In this document: piece by piece, positions 52,496 to 54,353 of the stretch | Layout of the letters: the number at the start of each line of letters is the position of its first letter | Numbering within the stretch: position 1 is the stretch's first letter | Assembly (NCBI GenBank): GCA_964500215.1 | Contig: CAZCNA010000002.1 | Span: 1 to 54,353, forward strand | Direction: 5' to 3' | Origin: an uncultured Candidatus Saccharibacteria bacterium | GTDB lineage: Bacteria > Patescibacteriota > Minisyncoccia > Phycocordibacterales > CAIZLB01 | Length of the DNA: 54,353 nucleotides | The notes under the pieces: generated by a model | The model's database searches: none | The model's input: the letters and a program-made list of their open reading frames with translations, nothing else | Told to the model about the DNA's origin: nothing | Translations under genes and position numbers: made by a program

Positions 52496-53125
52496 TCAGT
52501 CCATTATGTACTGTGCGAGGTTGGGTTGGAATCTTGCCTCCTCAATAAAGACCATCCAGCCGTGCTGCTCGAACACGGACTTGATTGCTTCGCCAAGGAT
52601 ATAGAGCTCCGACCATGCACGCTTGTCGTAGAAGACGGTGACGTAATTAATTCCCATCGACATTTTGACTTCAAGCCACAGAAGCTGCTTGTACTTTGCG
52701 GCCTCTTTCTTCATAAGAAGACAGGGTGTGTAGGCCTCAATCCTCCGACGAAAGGATTCTTGCTCTGCTGAAAGCAGCTCGTGCTGTTTGCGAAGCAAAA
52801 TGCTACGCATTCGACCACCTGGTGGGCAGTCATATTCGAGGCGTGACTTCCTGTCTTTCTCCCAGCGTGAGGGTTGGAGAGCCGGACGGTAGCCGTTTTC
52901 AGCGACAGCCAGACAAATGAACTCGACGCCATGGTCCTCAATCGGGCGAACACACTCTGTCCATTCCGATTGGGCAAGCACTTTTGAGAAGATTCTCTCA
53001 GCTGTGCATTCCTGCTTATCGATAGCAAGCTTTTTTGCGGCTTTGCGCACGAAGAAACAGGCGACTATAAATGCGATTACTGCAATGATTCCAAAGTATT
53101 CTTTGAAACCGTATTCCTGAAACAT
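52496..53125 (-). CDS. hypothetical N-terminally membrane-anchored protein (higher-GC gene)
   Basis: Start is at ATG 53125, with AAAGGA 8 nt upstream. The TM helix is FGIIAVIAFIVACFFV. I recognise no family. Confidence 0.45.
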   Translation of the reverse strand: MFQEYGFKEYFGIIAVIAFIVACFFVRKAAKKLAIDKQECTAERIFSKVLAQSEWTECVRPIEDHGVEFICLAVAENGYRPALQPSRWEKDRKSRLEYDCPPGGRMRSILLRKQHELLSAEQESFRRRIEAYTPCLLMKKEAAKYKQLLWLEVKMSMGINYVTVFYDKRAWSELYILGEAIKSVFEQHGWMVFIEEARFQPNLAQYIMD

Positions 53126-53410
53126 GATTTGGGTCCTTTCAATCGTTGAATGTTGAACTGCTTGTACAGAAAAACGGTGGGCGAGTGGGAACACTACGCG
53201 TGTGATAAAGATCTGTACGAAGACATGATGCCATATATTTGAGGGATGTCAAATTATATGTGGTGAATATATATAGAGAAAATAATTATAGATAAAAGAG
53301 ATTTAGTGCATATATGAATAAGAGTTGTACTTTGTCATACAATTGTAATACAAAGTACTACCTGTCATTTTTTCTTTGCGAATCAATAATGGATAATTAT
53401 CTCAAGAATT

Positions 53411-53419
53411 TGATACAAT
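53411..53419 (+). promoter_or_regulatory. extended -10 box TGATACAAT, 6 nt upstream of ATG 53426
   Basis: The same 11-mer TTTGATACAAT and the same 6-nt spacing to an ATG occur again at 53916-53926. Confidence 0.45.
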
Positions 53420-53425
53420 TAAAGA

Positions 53426-53578
53426 ATGAGTAAAACATCTAAATATTGTCTGGGTTTATTTTTAAGTCTTCCATTATTTATTTTTGTTTGGCTAGAAGGT
53501 TTAAATTTATTGACTGCTTTCGCTTCATTTTGTTACTTTTGGATAGGTTTTTCTGTTGGAGAACAAAAAGAAAATTAA
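53426..53578 (+). CDS. candidate leaderless small membrane protein (50 aa)
   Basis: It is too short for the ORF track. The product MSKTSKYCLGLFLSLPLFIFVWLEGLNLLTAFASFCYFWIGFSVGEQKEN has two hydrophobic helices. The promoter box lies 6 nt upstream. Confidence 0.3.
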   Translation: MSKTSKYCLGLFLSLPLFIFVWLEGLNLLTAFASFCYFWIGFSVGEQKEN

Positions 53579-53620
53579 CTGAGATTAACTGTATTAGATT
53601 TCACGAATTCTGTCGATCTA

Positions 53621-53637
53621 GATCCTACCAGATTCGG
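53621..53637 (-). repeat. partial duplicate of the tRNA-Ala 3' end (15/17 identical to 53788-53804)
   Basis: GATCCTACCAGATTCGG aligns with GACCCTACCAGATTCGA, with a contiguous 13-mer CCTACCAGATTCG. It is in the same orientation, 150 bp beyond the tRNA 3' end. Confidence 0.6.
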
Positions 53638-53744
53638 TCACAGGTCTCGCCGACATGCGGCTCGCCCGCGACCCCGCCTCGCTCGTGGCAGTCGCGAGGC
53701 GACATAGCCACGGAGCTCCGGCTTTCTCATCAGTCGGGTCTGAA

Positions 53745-53785
53745 AAAAGAAAAAGCCCGGCAGAAGCCGGACTTTTCTTTTTTTG
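53745..53785. terminator. bidirectional terminator immediately 3' of tRNA-Ala
   Basis: GCCCGGC-agaa-GCCGGAC hairpin flanked by A-rich and T-rich runs. Confidence 0.6.
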
Positions 53786-53858
53786 TGGACCCTACCAGAT
53801 TCGAACTGGTGACCTCCTCAGTGCAAATGAGGCGCTCTACCAACTAAGCTAAGGGCCC
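53786..53858 (-). tRNA. tRNA-Ala (anticodon UGC)
   Basis: Hand fold gives acceptor GGGCCCT/AGGGTCC with the G3:U70 alanine identity pair. The anticodon stem is CCTCA/TGAGG with loop TTTGCAC. The T-arm is ACCAG-TTCGAAT-CTGGT. Confidence 0.9.
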
Positions 53859-53917
53859 TTTTTCTGTCGTGAGAATATAATAGCGTAAAATTTGAAAATC
53901 GCCAAGTGGTATCAATT

Positions 53918-53926
53918 TGATACAAT
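53918..53926 (+). promoter_or_regulatory. extended -10 box TGATACAAT inside palindrome GTATCAAtTTGATAC, 6 nt upstream of ATG 53933
   Basis: TACAAT at 53921-53926. The 7-bp inverted repeat at 53909-53923 overlaps the box and is a possible operator. Confidence 0.45.
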
Positions 53927-53932
53927 ATATAT

Positions 53933-54353
53933 ATGAATATGTCTCAACAGTCACCTAGGCGATCCGGCTTAATACCTAGTATATTCGGATTCTTATCGAG
54001 GTTTTCATACAAAGGTCACAGTCGCAGTATACTGGTTGTTTTTGTTTCTATTATCATTGTTGAGCTTTGTCTAGCATCGTATGTGTTTATGCGATACCCA
54101 CAGTCTGTTCTCGTCGCACAGGTTTTATCCGCAAGAATCATTGAGCTTACAAATAATGAGCGAAGCGCTCGGACTACAAGTGTACTTCAAACAAATGTAT
54201 TGCTTCAGCAAGCGGCACAGGCAAAAGCAGAGGACATGGCAGCAAAAGGATATTTTTCTCACATAACACCTGAGGGCAAGACGCCATGGTATTGGATTAA
54301 ACAACAGGGGTATACATACAAATATGCTGGTGAAAATCTTGCTGTAAACTTTG
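53933..54353 (+). CDS. CAP/SCP (YkwD-like) domain protein, 3'-truncated by window edge
   Basis: It is absent from the ORF track because no stop is reached. My translation gives an N-terminal TM helix (ILVVFVSIIIVELCLASYVF). It continues with ELTNNERSARTTSVLQTNVLLQQAAQAKAEDMAAKGYFSHITPEGKTPWYWIKQQGYTYKYAGENLAVNF, the CAP-domain pattern. Confidence 0.6.
   Translation, partial: MNMSQQSPRRSGLIPSIFGFLSRFSYKGHSRSILVVFVSIIIVELCLASYVFMRYPQSVLVAQVLSARIIELTNNERSARTTSVLQTNVLLQQAAQAKAEDMAAKGYFSHITPEGKTPWYWIKQQGYTYKYAGENLAVNF

Noticed and set aside
53712-53733. On the minus strand this reads CUGAUGAG AAAGCCGGAGCUCC. It resembles both the hammerhead ribozyme core (CUGAUGA) and the RNase P RNA CR-I/P4 5' strand (GAGGAAAGUCCGGGCUCC).
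   Set aside because: For a hammerhead, there is no correctly placed GAAA or a stem II/III arrangement. For RNase P, no complementary P4 3' strand (CCGGCUU) lies downstream on that strand. The distance to the ACAGAA-like sequence (53603-53617) is only about 100 nt, and the other conserved regions are missing. On the plus strand the complementary half is absent.
1-54353. I scanned for CRISPR arrays, rRNA genes, transposases, integrases, prophage genes, retron RT and toxin-antitoxin pairs.
   Set aside because: I found no regularly spaced direct repeats and no rRNA-like conserved stretches. None of the translated ORFs showed recombinase, transposase, capsid, terminase or reverse-transcriptase motifs.

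Overview
The window looks like a reduced-genome bacterium, possibly Candidate Phyla Radiation/Patescibacteria and perhaps Saccharibacteria-like. That placement is inference from gene content only: a short 512-aa IF-2, a truncated UvrC, and a tandem TrbC/VirB2-type pilin array. All family calls rest on motifs read by eye from the ORF track; no similarity search was possible.

The backbone samples at about 40-47% GC. It carries housekeeping genes: rbfA-infB, cysteine desulfurase, clpB, rpmG, miaA, parB, topA, dprA, serS, an ftsQ-like gene, a D-Ala-D-Ala carboxypeptidase, tgt, uvrB/uvrA/uvrC and ddl. I folded eight tRNA genes by hand: Leu-UAG, Lys-CUU, Leu-UAA, Cys-GCA, Tyr-GUA, Trp-CCA, Leu-CAA and Ala-UGC. 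There are no rRNA genes, no CRISPR array and no transposase or integrase.

Five things stand out:
1. A low-GC island (about 33.05-39.15 kb, sampled near 35%) holds a translationally coupled three-gene operon: a Type III-like methyltransferase, a helicase-nuclease, and a zinc-ribbon/DUF4145 protein. A 1.1-kb non-coding stretch with repeated TGTTAAAT boxes precedes it.
2. Two stand-alone structured RNA candidates flank ddl, each with its own TTGACA promoter and intrinsic terminator. I could not assign either to a known class.
3. At least 13 function-unknown ORFs of clearly higher GC (sampled 53-60%, one near 47%) are inserted singly or in pairs between conserved genes and next to tRNAs.
4. In at least 8 genes a -10 promoter box sits exactly 6-8 nt upstream of the start codon, which suggests leaderless mRNAs.
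5. A partial duplicate of the tRNA-Ala 3' end lies 150 bp from the gene and brackets a GC-rich hairpin module, which looks like an integration scar.
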